Shown: one piece after another, positions 39,535-50,468 of the stretch
Layout of the letters: each line of letters opens with the position of its first letter
Position numbering within the stretch: position 1 is the stretch's first letter
NCBI GenBank assembly: GCA_030603385.1
Contig: JAUVXW010000018.1
Location: 1 to 64,000, forward strand
Source: Promethearchaeota archaeon
Lineage (GTDB): Archaea > Asgardarchaeota > Lokiarchaeia > Sigyniarchaeales > SOKP01
Direction of reading: 5' to 3'
DNA length: 64,000 nt
Program-made: the position numbers and the translations under genes
Notes under the pieces: model-generated
What the model was told of the DNA's origin: nothing
The model's database searches: none
Seen by the model: only the letters and a program-made list of their open reading frames with translations

Positions 39535-40644
39535 CTAAGATTTAAAAACTCTTGGAACAAAACCGTCTATTAATAAACAATCAAGTAAAACAACTGATGT
39601 CATAGCTTCAACTACTGGAATTACTCTTGGTACTATACACGGATCATGACGACCAGAGAATTCAATCTTTATATTTTCCATTATGTCAATATTTACAGTT
39701 TTTTGAGAAATACCAATAGAAGCAGTAGGTTTTACAGCAACCGTAAACTCGATAGGCATACCTATAGAAATTCCACCAATGATCCCTCCAGAATCATTTT
39801 TAATAGTTTGTATCTTACCATCTTTGAGGATCCAAGGATCATTATGTTCAGAACCTTTCATACTCGAAGCTTTAAACCCTGCTCCAAATTCTATGCCCTT
39901 TATTGCTGGGATTGAGAATATTGCTTTGCTTATGTTTGATTCGATACTATTAAAGATAGGACCACCTTTTCCTGCTGGAAATCCACTAACTATACATTTT
40001 ACCAATCCACCAATTGAATCTTTATGAGCTTTAACCTCATTTATCAAGATTTCCATAAGTTTTGATTTTTCTTGATTAAGTGTTCTAACAAGAGAATTCT
40101 CTCTTAATTCAAGAAGGCTCTCATAATCACTTGTATTATACACTTCCTCATCGATAATATTTCCAATGCTCTTAGTATAAGCAAATATTGTAATATTATA
40201 TTTTTTGAGGATTTGTTTAGCTATTGCTCCAGCCATAACGAATCCTGCAGTTATCCTCCCAGAAAATCGTCCTGATCCTCTATAGTCGTAATATTGTCCG
40301 TATTTCATTAACGCAGAATAATCTACATGAGAAGGACGCAAAATTCCTTTAAATTCTTCATATTTTGAAGAATCTACATCTTTATTTTCAATAATCAAGC
40401 AAATAGGGGCTCCTGTTGTTTTTTTATTGAAGATACCTGATACAATTTTAACTTTATCTTTCTCCATACGAGGTGTTGTAAGAGACGATTGTCCGGGTTT
40501 TCTCATATCTAATTCTTGTTGGATTAATTCTAAATCTAACTCAATCCCTGCTGGAGTACCATCTACGATTATCCCAATTAAATCACCATGACTTTCACCG
40601 ATTGAAGTGATGGTGAACAAGGTTCCGAGGGTGTTATCTCCCAT
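39535..40644 (-). CDS. aroC: Chorismate synthase
   Basis: GESHG, RPSHVD, GRFSGR, KGIEFGAG, KPTASI, GRHDPCIVPR. Confidence 0.96.
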   Translation of the reverse strand: MGDNTLGTLFTITSIGESHGDLIGIIVDGTPAGIELDLELIQQELDMRKPGQSSLTTPRMEKDKVKIVSGIFNKKTTGAPICLIIENKDVDSSKYEEFKGILRPSHVDYSALMKYGQYYDYRGSGRFSGRITAGFVMAGAIAKQILKKYNITIFAYTKSIGNIIDEEVYNTSDYESLLELRENSLVRTLNQEKSKLMEILINEVKAHKDSIGGLVKCIVSGFPAGKGGPIFNSIESNISKAIFSIPAIKGIEFGAGFKASSMKGSEHNDPWILKDGKIQTIKNDSGGIIGGISIGMPIEFTVAVKPTASIGISQKTVNIDIMENIKIEFSGRHDPCIVPRVIPVVEAMTSVVLLDCLLIDGFVPRVFKS

Positions 40645-40733
40645 AAGGATCACATTAATTAAAATTTAATTTTACAATAATATTTAATTAATATTATATC
40701 TATTATTTTCTATTTATCATTTAATGGATTAAA

Positions 40734-42050
40734 ATGGAATTGGAAATAACACCATTAATAAGTAATTTAAATGGTGAAATCACAGCATCTGGGTCTAAAA
40801 GCTATACACACAGAGCTTTTATTGCTGCAAGTCTAGCTGAAGGGATCTCCGTAATTAAAAAACCTTTAACAATTGGAGATTCAGCAATAACAATTAATAA
40901 TTTAAAAGCTCTAGGGATTAAAATATTAAAATCTAGCGAAAATTCTTATGTCGTTAAATGTGATAAAAAAGGATTTATACCAATCAAGAAACCTCTAGAT
41001 TGTAAAAATTCTGGAACCTCCTTTAGAATTTTTTGCGCTTTAAGTCTTTTAGTTAAAGGAGGGCTTCTATTGACAGGTGAATTTTTAAAAAGGAAAAGAC
41101 CAATTATTCCACTCCTCAATGCTTTAGAGGCTTTAGGAGGAAAATTTAAAATATCAGAGGATAAAATTAAGATAGAACGTAAGAAAATGTTATGTAATAA
41201 AATAAAAATCCCTGGAGATATTAGTTCTCAGTTCATAACCGCCTTACTATTTATCTGTCCTCTATTAACATGTAAGGATAAAGATTTCATTGAAATAGAG
41301 CTAACAACTCCATTAGTTTCTATTCCATATATAAAAATTACTCTAGATGTATTAAACACATTTGGAATTAATATTCAAGAAGATCTAGAAGGAGGGAAAT
41401 TTTATATAACAATTGAACAAAATTATAGGGCTCAATCATATGAAATTCCTGGAGATTTCTCCTCATCAGCATTCATTATCGCAGCAACCGTTTTATCTAG
41501 TGAACCTACTAAAGTTGTAATAAATAATTTAAGCATGGAAAATTACCAAGGAGACAAAAAGATTATTGAGATTCTAAGGGAAATGGGTGCTGATATCAAA
41601 TTTGATGAAAATCAAAAACAAGTAATTATACGCGGGGATTTAACCCATAATACCTTAAAAGGAATAGAAGTTGATTGCGGTGATATCCCAGACTTATTCC
41701 CGATTCTATCCGTTATTGGGGCATTTGCAGAGGGTCAAACTGTTCTCTATAATGCTGGAAATCTTCGACTAAAAGAAAGTGACCGAATTTCTGCTATGGC
41801 AAGAGAATTAAAAAAAATGGGTGTTAGTGTCAAAGAAGAAGATGAAAAGTTAACAATTTATCACTGCGATAAATTAAATGGAGCTATAATAGATCATGAA
41901 TATGATCATAGAGTAGCAATGGCATGCACTATTGCTGCCTTATATGCTTCTTCAAAATCTCATATAAAAAATATTGAAGTTGTAAAAGATTCTTACCCTT
42001 CCTTTTTAGATGATCTACAAAAATTAGGTGTTCAAATAGAAACAAGGTAA
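40734..42050 (+). CDS. aroA: 3-phosphoshikimate 1-carboxyvinyltransferase (EPSP synthase)
   Basis: SKSYTHRA, NSGT, SSQF, GDFSS, LRLKESDR, DHRVAM. Confidence 0.96.
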   Translation: MELEITPLISNLNGEITASGSKSYTHRAFIAASLAEGISVIKKPLTIGDSAITINNLKALGIKILKSSENSYVVKCDKKGFIPIKKPLDCKNSGTSFRIFCALSLLVKGGLLLTGEFLKRKRPIIPLLNALEALGGKFKISEDKIKIERKKMLCNKIKIPGDISSQFITALLFICPLLTCKDKDFIEIELTTPLVSIPYIKITLDVLNTFGINIQEDLEGGKFYITIEQNYRAQSYEIPGDFSSSAFIIAATVLSSEPTKVVINNLSMENYQGDKKIIEILREMGADIKFDENQKQVIIRGDLTHNTLKGIEVDCGDIPDLFPILSVIGAFAEGQTVLYNAGNLRLKESDRISAMARELKKMGVSVKEEDEKLTIYHCDKLNGAIIDHEYDHRVAMACTIAALYASSKSHIKNIEVVKDSYPSFLDDLQKLGVQIETR

Positions 42051-42062
42051 CCCTATTAGAAA

Positions 42063-42473
42063 TTATCTAAAACTTTTCTGCCTACGAGCACGGGCTTTTT
42101 TACCACCAAATTTCTTTGGTTCTACCCTTCTAGAATCTCCACTTAATAATGAATCGTCATAATCTCTAAATGCCCGTTCTATTGTTTTTGTTCCTATAAA
42201 TTTATGGATTGATTTAGCAATGGCCATCCGAACAGCGTCCGTTTGCCCACTTATCCCACCACCTTTAACTCGAACATTAATATCACATTTTTCAAGCTTT
42301 GGGTGATTTACTATTTCAAGAACTTCTTGGATCCTCAACCGTGCTAGTTCAGGTTCATATAGATTTAGAGGAACATTATTAATTCTAATTTGTCCTTTTG
42401 AAGGATGTTTCAATACAGCTCTCGCTATGGCACTTTTCCTTTTACCCGATGCTTGAACTACTTTCATTGACAT
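42063..42473 (-). CDS. rps9: Ribosomal protein S9 (uS9)
   Basis: GKRKSAIARA, GGGISGQ, EPKKFGG, QKSFR. Confidence 0.97.
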   Translation of the reverse strand: MSMKVVQASGKRKSAIARAVLKHPSKGQIRINNVPLNLYEPELARLRIQEVLEIVNHPKLEKCDINVRVKGGGISGQTDAVRMAIAKSIHKFIGTKTIERAFRDYDDSLLSGDSRRVEPKKFGGKKARARRQKSFR

Positions 42474-42478
42474 ATTGA

Positions 42479-42958
42479 TTACACCTCAATTTCCTTTTTA
42501 TTCCATCCTATTCGCATACAAAGATTTTCTAAAGTAATATATCTGTTATAATAAGAAAGACGCTTTTTTTCAGCATAAAAGATTTCAGTTGGTGTTAATT
42601 TTTGATATCTGTTTTTAAAACGTTCAGGAATGTCTGAAATATATACATGAACTCTTTTGAGAGCTTCTTTTCCCCGAAATTTTTTTCGTGGAAGCATTTG
42701 TTTTATTACCCTTCTCATAAAAGTATCAGGTCTTCTTTCGTGAAATGGACCTCTCAGGGGATTTGTAGCAGTTGAAATTTTTAATTTTGCTAAATATTTT
42801 TCATGAATATTTCTCTTAGTCCCACTTATTATCGCATCTTTAGCATTAATTATTACTATATTATTACCCAATAAAGCCTTTTTGGCTATTTGACCGCAAA
42901 ATCGTCCCAAAATCTTATCTGTAGCATCTATTAATTGAAATTCTATTCCCATAATCAT
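42479..42958 (-). CDS. rpl13: Ribosomal protein L13 (uL13)
   Basis: IDATDKILGR, GPFHERRP, MLPRK. Confidence 0.96.
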   Translation of the reverse strand: MIMGIEFQLIDATDKILGRFCGQIAKKALLGNNIVIINAKDAIISGTKRNIHEKYLAKLKISTATNPLRGPFHERRPDTFMRRVIKQMLPRKKFRGKEALKRVHVYISDIPERFKNRYQKLTPTEIFYAEKKRLSYYNRYITLENLCMRIGWNKKEIEV

Positions 42959-42977
42959 AACACACTCTATTATTTTA

Positions 42978-43334
42978 TCAATAAAAAACTTTTACTCCAC
43001 TACCTTTAGGGTTCTGTTCTAACAATTCCTCTATAGAAATCAGGTTACTTCCTGAAGATTCAATTTTTTGTCTCGCTGATTTCGAACAATCTAAACAAGC
43101 AATAGTAATTGTATGATCTAATTCCCCCATTCCTAACACTTTTCCAGGTATGACAACAATATCATTTTCCTTAGTTTTTTTGTTTATACTATATAAATTA
43201 GGGGAAACTCTATTTTTTCTTGAACCTTTTAATTTTTTAGAGATTTTTCGCCATATCTTAATTTTAGTTTTCCACAAATCTCTTATCAACTTTCTAACAT
43301 AATAATTACTTGGGCCAGTTATCTTATGAGACAT
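42978..43334 (-). CDS. rpl18e: Ribosomal protein L18e (eL18)
   Basis: VIPGKVLGMG, NPKGS; conserved synteny. Confidence 0.95.
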   Translation of the reverse strand: MSHKITGPSNYYVRKLIRDLWKTKIKIWRKISKKLKGSRKNRVSPNLYSINKKTKENDIVVIPGKVLGMGELDHTITIACLDCSKSARQKIESSGSNLISIEELLEQNPKGSGVKVFY

Positions 43335-43401
43335 TAGGAAGTATTACTCTCGCTTTATTTATTATTTTAAATTATTGATATTTTAATAAATTTTTGTAAT
43401 T

Positions 43402-44235
43402 TCACGATTCCAACTCAATAGCTTCAAGTCTTTCAACAAATTCATCGATTTTTTCTAAAAAGATTTCAAATGTTTTCTTAATAATTGTGTCAAAGGGTAA
43501 AACTCCGTCACTTTCGATAGAAAAAAAATATGTGTTATCTCTTGATCCTACTTTGATAGCTTTTTCTGGACAATCTCTTTCACACGATTTACATAATGTG
43601 CAAGTTTTCCAATAGTCTCCCTGTAATTTTACCGTTTTCCCATCTGAAAAATCATATAAATGTTCAGGACACATTCTCGATACCACACACCTTTCTAAAC
43701 ATTTTTTACAATTTTCATCGTTAAATTCTATTTCTGGATAAAATCTATAAAAAATATTTGATACAGCTTGCCATTTCACATGATCTTTTGCTTTACCTAA
43801 AATCGCATATGCTTCAATAATTAATTGGTTATTTTTATCAATTTTCACAATTGGGATTTTTGGATTAACAGGCACTATTTTAGGATCATTTGATTTTAAA
43901 TCGCCCGAATAAACCTCTAAAGGCATATTCGTAGTGTTAGTGACTTCGCATGTTAAAGAAACTTGGCATAAAGCACACCCGTAACCCTCACATACGCATT
44001 CCTGTGGTAGTTTATATGTTTCTAAATCAGTAGTAAGTGGTATCATCCCAAGTCTATGAGAAATTATCTCATCATAGAGAGGACTATCATTCTTCAAAAC
44101 AATAACCTCATCAACTGCCATTACAAGGATTTCAGACATAATTATCCTTCTGATTGCATTTGCCATCTCTATAGAAATGTTCTGTACAACAAACACTAAC
44201 TTATGATCGGATTTTTCAAGAACCTCGATATCCAT
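43402..44235 (-). CDS. rpoD: DNA-directed RNA polymerase subunit D (Rpo3) with Fe-S domain
   Basis: ANAIRR, NDSPLYDEIISHRLGMIPL, HVKWQ, CTLCKSCERDCP, ESDG. Confidence 0.96.
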   Translation of the reverse strand: MDIEVLEKSDHKLVFVVQNISIEMANAIRRIIMSEILVMAVDEVIVLKNDSPLYDEIISHRLGMIPLTTDLETYKLPQECVCEGYGCALCQVSLTCEVTNTTNMPLEVYSGDLKSNDPKIVPVNPKIPIVKIDKNNQLIIEAYAILGKAKDHVKWQAVSNIFYRFYPEIEFNDENCKKCLERCVVSRMCPEHLYDFSDGKTVKLQGDYWKTCTLCKSCERDCPEKAIKVGSRDNTYFFSIESDGVLPFDTIIKKTFEIFLEKIDEFVERLEAIELES

Positions 44236-44384
44236 GATAATGTAAATTAAGTTATTTAATATCAAATTTATGAATGTAGTCTTAAATGCATTATATAAGA
44301 TAAGTTTTATTGTTATATTTATAGCAAAAATATGGATACTTAGCGAGAACTCTTAAAAATTTGTTCAAAAAAAAAATTTAAGAA

Positions 44385-45713
44385 TTAATAGAATTTTAAA
44401 TATTCATAAGCCTTACTTGGAGTTTGAAAACAATATTTAATTTCTTGGAATTCTTTTCTAAATTCTACGACTTCGTTTCTTATTTTTTTAGGATCTATCT
44501 TATCAATAAGTAGTTTTTTAATTAGCTCTGCAATATCAATCATTTCACTTTTACTCATGCCAAGTCTGGTGATTTCAGATGTCCCGATTCTTAATCCTCC
44601 AGGATTTTGATAATGTCTTCCTTCAGCAATATCATATGGTAAAAGATTTCGATTGAGAATGATGTTTGCTTTTTCTAATAATTTTTCAATATCTCCTCCT
44701 AATCCAATTGTTTTCTCGAATTCTGAAATATCAACAACAATTTGGTGTGACTCTGTAAAACCTTTATGTTCCATTAATACTTTAAATCCCCGTTCATATA
44801 ATGCTTGTCCAAGACCTTTAGCATTCTCAATAACATTCTTATGGTACTCTTTTCCAAATTCTAACATTTCTGCTATAGCAATCGCTAATCCCGCTACATT
44901 ATGAAGATGGTGATTAGATAATAATGCTGGAAAAGCACAAGATTTAAATGTATCAATTAAATCTTCCCTATTCGATACTAAAGCTCCATGTTGAGGTCCA
45001 GGAAGTGTTTTATGAGTGCTCATTGTCATAGCATCTGCTCCTTCTCTTAAAGGATCTTGAAAATATCCAGAACCTATTAAACCAGATACATGAGCTGCAT
45101 CATACCCAACATAGGCTCCAATCTCTTTTGCAACATCACCAAGCTCTTTAACAGGGTGTGGGAATAAAAATACTGAACCACCAAACAATACCAATTCTGG
45201 TTCAAATTCTCTTATCTTCTTCGCAGAAGCATCAATATCTAAATTCATTTCATCATTGTCAAATGCTAAATATTCAATATCTAAACCCCTTGTCGTTCCT
45301 GCCGTCCCAAAAATTTCTCGACCACTTTTTGCAAATCTTGGACCATGTGAAATATGTCCTCCTCTAACAATTGACATACAACACATTTTACCGTTATTAT
45401 CTGATGTGAATGCATTATACATCACTAAATTTGCTACAACTCCAGAGATCGGGCGTACATCGCAAAATTTTGCGCGCCAAAACTCTCTTCCGAGCTCCAT
45501 GCAAATATCCTCAACTTGATCGATATACTTACAACCTGCATAAACTCTTTGGCCTGACCATCCTTCGGCATATCGATGTGAGAAATCACTAGCACAAGCT
45601 TCATCTACAGCAGGACTAGTTATATTTTCCGAGGCAATTAAAGGAATTGATTTTTTAAACCAGTCGTGATGCTCCATTAAAATTTCTCGGATTTCAGTTA
45701 CTTTTTTCCTCAA
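44385..45713 (-). CDS. glyA: Serine hydroxymethyltransferase (archaeal type)
   Basis: LIASEN, RYAEG, GGHISH, DAAH, STHKTLPGP, GLRIGT. Confidence 0.96.
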   Translation of the reverse strand: MRKKVTEIREILMEHHDWFKKSIPLIASENITSPAVDEACASDFSHRYAEGWSGQRVYAGCKYIDQVEDICMELGREFWRAKFCDVRPISGVVANLVMYNAFTSDNNGKMCCMSIVRGGHISHGPRFAKSGREIFGTAGTTRGLDIEYLAFDNDEMNLDIDASAKKIREFEPELVLFGGSVFLFPHPVKELGDVAKEIGAYVGYDAAHVSGLIGSGYFQDPLREGADAMTMSTHKTLPGPQHGALVSNREDLIDTFKSCAFPALLSNHHLHNVAGLAIAIAEMLEFGKEYHKNVIENAKGLGQALYERGFKVLMEHKGFTESHQIVVDISEFEKTIGLGGDIEKLLEKANIILNRNLLPYDIAEGRHYQNPGGLRIGTSEITRLGMSKSEMIDIAELIKKLLIDKIDPKKIRNEVVEFRKEFQEIKYCFQTPSKAYEYLKFY

Positions 45714-45922
45714 TTTTGATCAATTCTTCCGTTTTTTCTAAAGCGTTGAAAAAAAATAAATCTTCAATTTTTTTAAATTTATGCCAATTCTATTAATGAT
45801 TTAAGTAATAATTAACAGAAGAATTAGAATGAAAATCAATATAATAAGAATAGAATTAATTGCTGTAGATTTATAATTTAAGAAATTAAACTATAAGATG
45901 ATTTTTAGTTTTAAACTAGAAA

Positions 45923-46831
45923 CTATCTTTCAGATTTCTCTAAGATTAGTCGAGCTTCAAATAAGTTTAATTTTTTGCCCGCTTTTTGTTTTTCTAAAGC
46001 TTCTGCTAATTTATCTTTCTTCATTTTTTCAATCATTTCATTTCTCTTTTTGAAATGATCCGATCTCGTTCCAGGATTTTTAATTGATCTATAAGGTCTC
46101 TTACCTTTCGATATTTTCTTTCTTTGATTCATTGCCTGCAAATATTGTTCATGGTAACGATCCGCAGATTTTTTGTTTTCTATTAGTTCCTCTTCCATCT
46201 TTTTCTTCTGTTCTCTTAATTCATCAACGTTTTGGAAGATTTCTAACATCTTGGTATGATTTTCTTGAGATTTATTCGACCACTTATTTAATTGTTCATA
46301 TATCTTGTTTAAATTTATTTTTACAATCTCAACTTTTCGCTCTACTTTGAAGAGATCACTATTTTCCTGTTCTGATAAAAAATCTTGTTTTGATTTTGCT
46401 AAATCTCTTATTATATCAATAATGGAATTTTCTTCTGCAATATCAAGGTTTTCAGTCTCAATTCTTCTTTCTAAATTATCAATTTTTCTTTCCACTTGCT
46501 TTATAGAAACGAGCCTATCTGAGTTTTTACTCTTCTTCTGATTCGATTTTTTCTCTTCTAATAATTTATCAAATAAAGTTTTATATTCCACTTTTTTTTC
46601 TTTTAACTGCTTAACTTTATTATTCCAATAATCTCTTCTCTTTTTATATTTTTCTTTGGCCGATTTTAAATTTACATTAATTTCAGTTTCTATCTCCTGC
46701 AAACCGTTAATGAATTTTTTAGTTTTAAGGTTAAGATCGTCTCGGCTTTTCCTTAAATCATCACTTAAGATTTGAAGACCCCTAAAAGAGGTTTGAGAAT
46801 TTTGCGAGTTTTTGGAATTATTTCTACTCAT
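45923..46831 (-). CDS. Archaeal coiled-coil protein (COG1340-like)
   Basis: Continuous heptad pattern; C-terminal EKQKAGKKLNLFE. Confidence 0.75.
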   Translation of the reverse strand: MSRNNSKNSQNSQTSFRGLQILSDDLRKSRDDLNLKTKKFINGLQEIETEINVNLKSAKEKYKKRRDYWNNKVKQLKEKKVEYKTLFDKLLEEKKSNQKKSKNSDRLVSIKQVERKIDNLERRIETENLDIAEENSIIDIIRDLAKSKQDFLSEQENSDLFKVERKVEIVKINLNKIYEQLNKWSNKSQENHTKMLEIFQNVDELREQKKKMEEELIENKKSADRYHEQYLQAMNQRKKISKGKRPYRSIKNPGTRSDHFKKRNEMIEKMKKDKLAEALEKQKAGKKLNLFEARLILEKSER

Positions 46832-47003
46832 AAATTCATGCTTTAAAGAGTATTTATAAAAAGGAATTTATTTAAAATGGTTAAATATGACAATTTTATA
46901 TGTTTTATATATTTTTTGTAAATAAAATAATAATAAAAACAGGGCTAATGAAAAAAAATTTAAGATTTATTAACTTTAGAAATAATAAAAAATAAAACAT
47001 AAA

Positions 47004-47870
47004 ATGACCTCTGAGAAAGTAAAAGAAAACGATTTAATCTTTTTGATCCTTGATGGTAAAAGAAGGTGGTTAATTCAAGTGAAAGCTGGAGGCAGTTTTC
47101 ACACCCACAGAGGAATTATTGAATTTGATGAGATAATAGGAAAAAATTATGGAACAGTAATATTCTCAAAACCATATGAAACTCAAGGGTACAAATTTTT
47201 TGTGCTGAAACCGATGCCCTCCGATTATGTGCTTCATATGACTCGCAAAACTCAAATAATATATCCTGAAGATGCCGGATTTATTTTACTTTACTCTGGG
47301 ATTGGACCGGGCAGCGTGGTTATTGAAGCGGGATGTGGGTCTGGGGCTTTAACCTGTATTTTAGGCAACTATGTTCGGCCTAGTGGGCATATATTCTCCT
47401 TTGATATTCGTGAAAAATCGCTCAAGAACGCTAGAAAGAATGTAGAAAGAGCTAAACTGGAAAATATTGTGTCGATAGAATATGGTAACATTATTACTGA
47501 TAATTTAAATTTGAAAAATGTGGATTCTGTTGTCTTAGATCTTGCTGAACCATGGAAAGCAATCGAAAAAGCAATGAGTTATCTCAAATTGAGCGGGGCT
47601 TTAGTTTCTTTTTCTCCAACGATTGAGCAAGTAAAAAAAACTACGTTCGCAATGAGGGATAATAATTTCGTAGAAATCAACACGTATGAGCTGATTAAAA
47701 GAAAAATCCAGGTTAAGGAAAATGCAACTCGTCCTGAAACGCGGATGGTTGGACATAGTGGTTACATAAGCGTAGGGAGAAAAATCAGAAATAAGAAAAA
47801 CCCATATCGCGAAAGAAAACCAAAAAAAAAAGAATTTATTGATTTTACGGGAATGCCTTTACGAAGTTAG
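47004..47870 (+). CDS. trmI: tRNA (adenine-N1)-methyltransferase TrmI
   Basis: RKTQIIYPED, EAGCGSG, LDLAEPW, FSPTIEQV, GHSGY. Confidence 0.95.
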   Translation: MTSEKVKENDLIFLILDGKRRWLIQVKAGGSFHTHRGIIEFDEIIGKNYGTVIFSKPYETQGYKFFVLKPMPSDYVLHMTRKTQIIYPEDAGFILLYSGIGPGSVVIEAGCGSGALTCILGNYVRPSGHIFSFDIREKSLKNARKNVERAKLENIVSIEYGNIITDNLNLKNVDSVVLDLAEPWKAIEKAMSYLKLSGALVSFSPTIEQVKKTTFAMRDNNFVEINTYELIKRKIQVKENATRPETRMVGHSGYISVGRKIRNKKNPYRERKPKKKEFIDFTGMPLRS

Positions 47871-47910
47871 AATCTTATAAAGATTGATAACTAAGGTCAA
47901 AAATAAATAG

Positions 47911-48327
47911 TTAAAATCCTTTTAACTGGGCCCCAGTTCTAAATTCTTTCTTTTTCTTATATCGCTCGGTTTTAAAAAAATGCTTCTTCTTTTCAGGTAA
48001 GATATCTAGGTATTTTCTTAAAATGTTTTCTATATATTCTTTGGTTGGTTTATTTCTAATTTTATTTGGATCTGATAAATAAGTTAATATTTCTTTGTCC
48101 TTAGAATCATATGATAGACCTAAATTCTTTAAGGGAATATGTACAGAATGAAGAAACCACCCAGTCTGACTTTCTTCATGAGCAATTACTTTTAAAATAT
48201 TTTCATTTTCTTTTTTTATTTTAATAGCTAAAACTTTTTTCCCGGGTTTTATTATTATACTTGCGTATTCAGGGATTTGAGATTTAGGATTGTGTATCTT
48301 CTTAAAGAATTCTTCTAATTTTTTCAT
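47911..48327 (-). CDS. Hypothetical basic protein
   Basis: 138-aa ORF filling the gap; no recognised motif. Confidence 0.65.
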   Translation of the reverse strand: MKKLEEFFKKIHNPKSQIPEYASIIIKPGKKVLAIKIKKENENILKVIAHEESQTGWFLHSVHIPLKNLGLSYDSKDKEILTYLSDPNKIRNKPTKEYIENILRKYLDILPEKKKHFFKTERYKKKKEFRTGAQLKGF

Positions 48328-48437
48328 CAGTAATTCATAAAGTTGTAAGTGTTTAAAATGAATAAATTAAAATTCATAAAAAATTTTATTATTAAATGGA
48401 TTTATATTAAAATCTATAACACTTAGAGGAAGTCAAT

Positions 48438-49481
48438 TTGAACTCTTATGAAACTCTAGAAACTTTCCAATTCTATTTCAAGAAAAAGGTAGTGTTGTTA
48501 GGAGGGACTGAAAAATTCAAAAATGAGTTTCAAAAATGTTTAAGTTCAAGTTGCTTACCAATAGAGAATAAACAAAATATTGGTGTGAATATTAGTAAAA
48601 TCGATTATTTTTACGAACCGAAATATAAATTTGAATATCTTCTATGGAATATAGATTGTGGTCAACGTAGGGCATTCTTACGTACAATTTTCTATTCTGG
48701 TGCTGATGCAATAATAATTTTTATATCTGAAACTAAAATCGATCAAATTAGACAATATTTTGATGAACTTCAATTAAAAATACCAGAAATACCACTCATT
48801 TTTTGTATCATTCTTGAAAAACACTCTAAAAAAGAGATAATAAATTCTTATTTTATAAACGAAGAGTTTAGCTCAATTATTAGTGAAAATAGTTTTAAAA
48901 TAAACGAGCTTACCGATCCTATTGAAATACTCAATCAGGTTTCTAGTATTTTTAAGAAAAAAGCAAAAATTAAAGAATTAGAGAATAGATTTTTTATCGA
49001 CTTTATATCACTCACTTCTTTGTTTGGTCATAAAGGTATTAGAGATGAGTGTAATGATTATTATGAACCAGAAACTCATACATTAAAAATTAGTCAAATT
49101 ATTAATACGGATTTATTAATTAAATACCTTCAAAAAATAGATTTAGCGATTGATTTTGACTACCTTAATTGGATTAAAATAAAAAATAAAATTTTCGGCA
49201 CTTTCTCTATTTACTTAAAAAATGGTAATGTTTATTATTTTCCTAAAGTCTGTGAGAAATGTAAAGATAAAAATTGTTCAAAGTTTAAAAAGGCCCCATA
49301 TTATATATGTATTGAGGCGGGGGATTCAAACGGATGGACGAATATTAAAGGATTCAATCAAAATGAACTCCTCATTCTTACAAAGGTCTTTGCTTTAAAA
49401 GAAGGGGATGAAAAAAGTTTACCTAAATCAGTAATAAAACAGATTAAAAACATAAATATTTGTGAATATAAACTAAAATGA
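48438..49481 (+). CDS. Degenerate Rab-like GTPase domain fused to a Cys-containing C-terminal domain
   Basis: KVVLLGG, IGVN, LWNIDCGQ, FYSGADAIIIF; no GKT; CEKCKDKNC. Confidence 0.7.
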   Translation: MNSYETLETFQFYFKKKVVLLGGTEKFKNEFQKCLSSSCLPIENKQNIGVNISKIDYFYEPKYKFEYLLWNIDCGQRRAFLRTIFYSGADAIIIFISETKIDQIRQYFDELQLKIPEIPLIFCIILEKHSKKEIINSYFINEEFSSIISENSFKINELTDPIEILNQVSSIFKKKAKIKELENRFFIDFISLTSLFGHKGIRDECNDYYEPETHTLKISQIINTDLLIKYLQKIDLAIDFDYLNWIKIKNKIFGTFSIYLKNGNVYYFPKVCEKCKDKNCSKFKKAPYYICIEAGDSNGWTNIKGFNQNELLILTKVFALKEGDEKSLPKSVIKQIKNINICEYKLK

Positions 49482-49900
49482 CTGTAGATTTTCAAACTTT
49501 TGATTTAAAGTCTAAGGCATATTGTGATGTTATTAACATCACTAATCAAGTTCAAAATTCTATTAAAAGAAGTGGAATAAAAAATGGAATGGTAAATGTA
49601 CATATAGCTGGTTCGACGGGTGCAATATCCACTACTGAGTATGAACCAGGTTTAGTAGATCATGATATCAAAGATATATTAGAAAAGTTAATTCCTTATG
49701 AAAAAAACTATGCACACCATAAGACTTGGCATGACTACAACGGAGCAGGTCACTTAAGAAGCTTTCTCATTAAAACTTCACAAACCTTTCCTTTTAAAAA
49801 CCAAAAATTAATCTTAGGAACTTGGCAGCAGATAATTTTCATCGAATGTGACGAAAAACCTCGCTCAAGAACTATTCATTGTACGATTATAGGTGAATAA
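49478..49900 (+). CDS. yjbQ: YjbQ/UPF0047 family protein
   Basis: GSTGAIS, EPGL, NGAGHL, LGTWQQI. Confidence 0.93.
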   Translation: MTVDFQTFDLKSKAYCDVINITNQVQNSIKRSGIKNGMVNVHIAGSTGAISTTEYEPGLVDHDIKDILEKLIPYEKNYAHHKTWHDYNGAGHLRSFLIKTSQTFPFKNQKLILGTWQQIIFIECDEKPRSRTIHCTIIGE

Positions 49901-49941
49901 AATCCATCTTAATTTTTTTTAAAAAAATAGAAAAGAAATTT

Positions 49942-50184
49942 TTATTTTTTTGATTGCTGTATTAATTCTTCCAATTCTGTAATTATAATCTGATATTTAT
50001 CTCTAAGATGTATTTTTTCAAATTTTCCTCTAAGATCCATAACAGATTTATCAAATTGTTTTAATTGTTCTGTAAAAACTGGAATTTTCTTATAAGATTC
50101 TTCAGTGTTCTCTATTATGCTTATCTGATATTCTAAATTTTCTAAAAAATTATTCTTAACTTCAGTCAATAATATCATCCTCAT
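49942..50184 (-). CDS. Short helical hypothetical protein (possibly the remnant of a longer gene)
   Basis: 80-aa ORF, no motif. Confidence 0.4.
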   Translation of the reverse strand: MRMILLTEVKNNFLENLEYQISIIENTEESYKKIPVFTEQLKQFDKSVMDLRGKFEKIHLRDKYQIIITELEELIQQSKK

Positions 50185-50468
50185 TAAAAAACTAGTTCAT
50201 TTAGTAAAATCACACTAATCTCTTTAAAAAATATGAATATCATTTATATGTCATCATTTTCGCTTCTAAATCGTGGATCTTTAAGTAGATTCTCATAGAA
50301 AGAAGAAATTATTAATATGAGAGTAATATTTAGATAGCATCTCGATATTATAACAAACAATATAATAAATTATAACAAGTTAAATACATAAGTCTGCATT
50401 CCAAGAAGTTTAAATTAGTATAGACTATTATTTTATTAAATCTAAAAAACGTATATGAGTTAAAATCA

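Noticed and set aside
50190-50345. Possible decayed upstream part of the 80-aa ORF (SFYENLLKDPRFRSE-like frame)
   Set aside because: Too short and interrupted, with no recognisable family.
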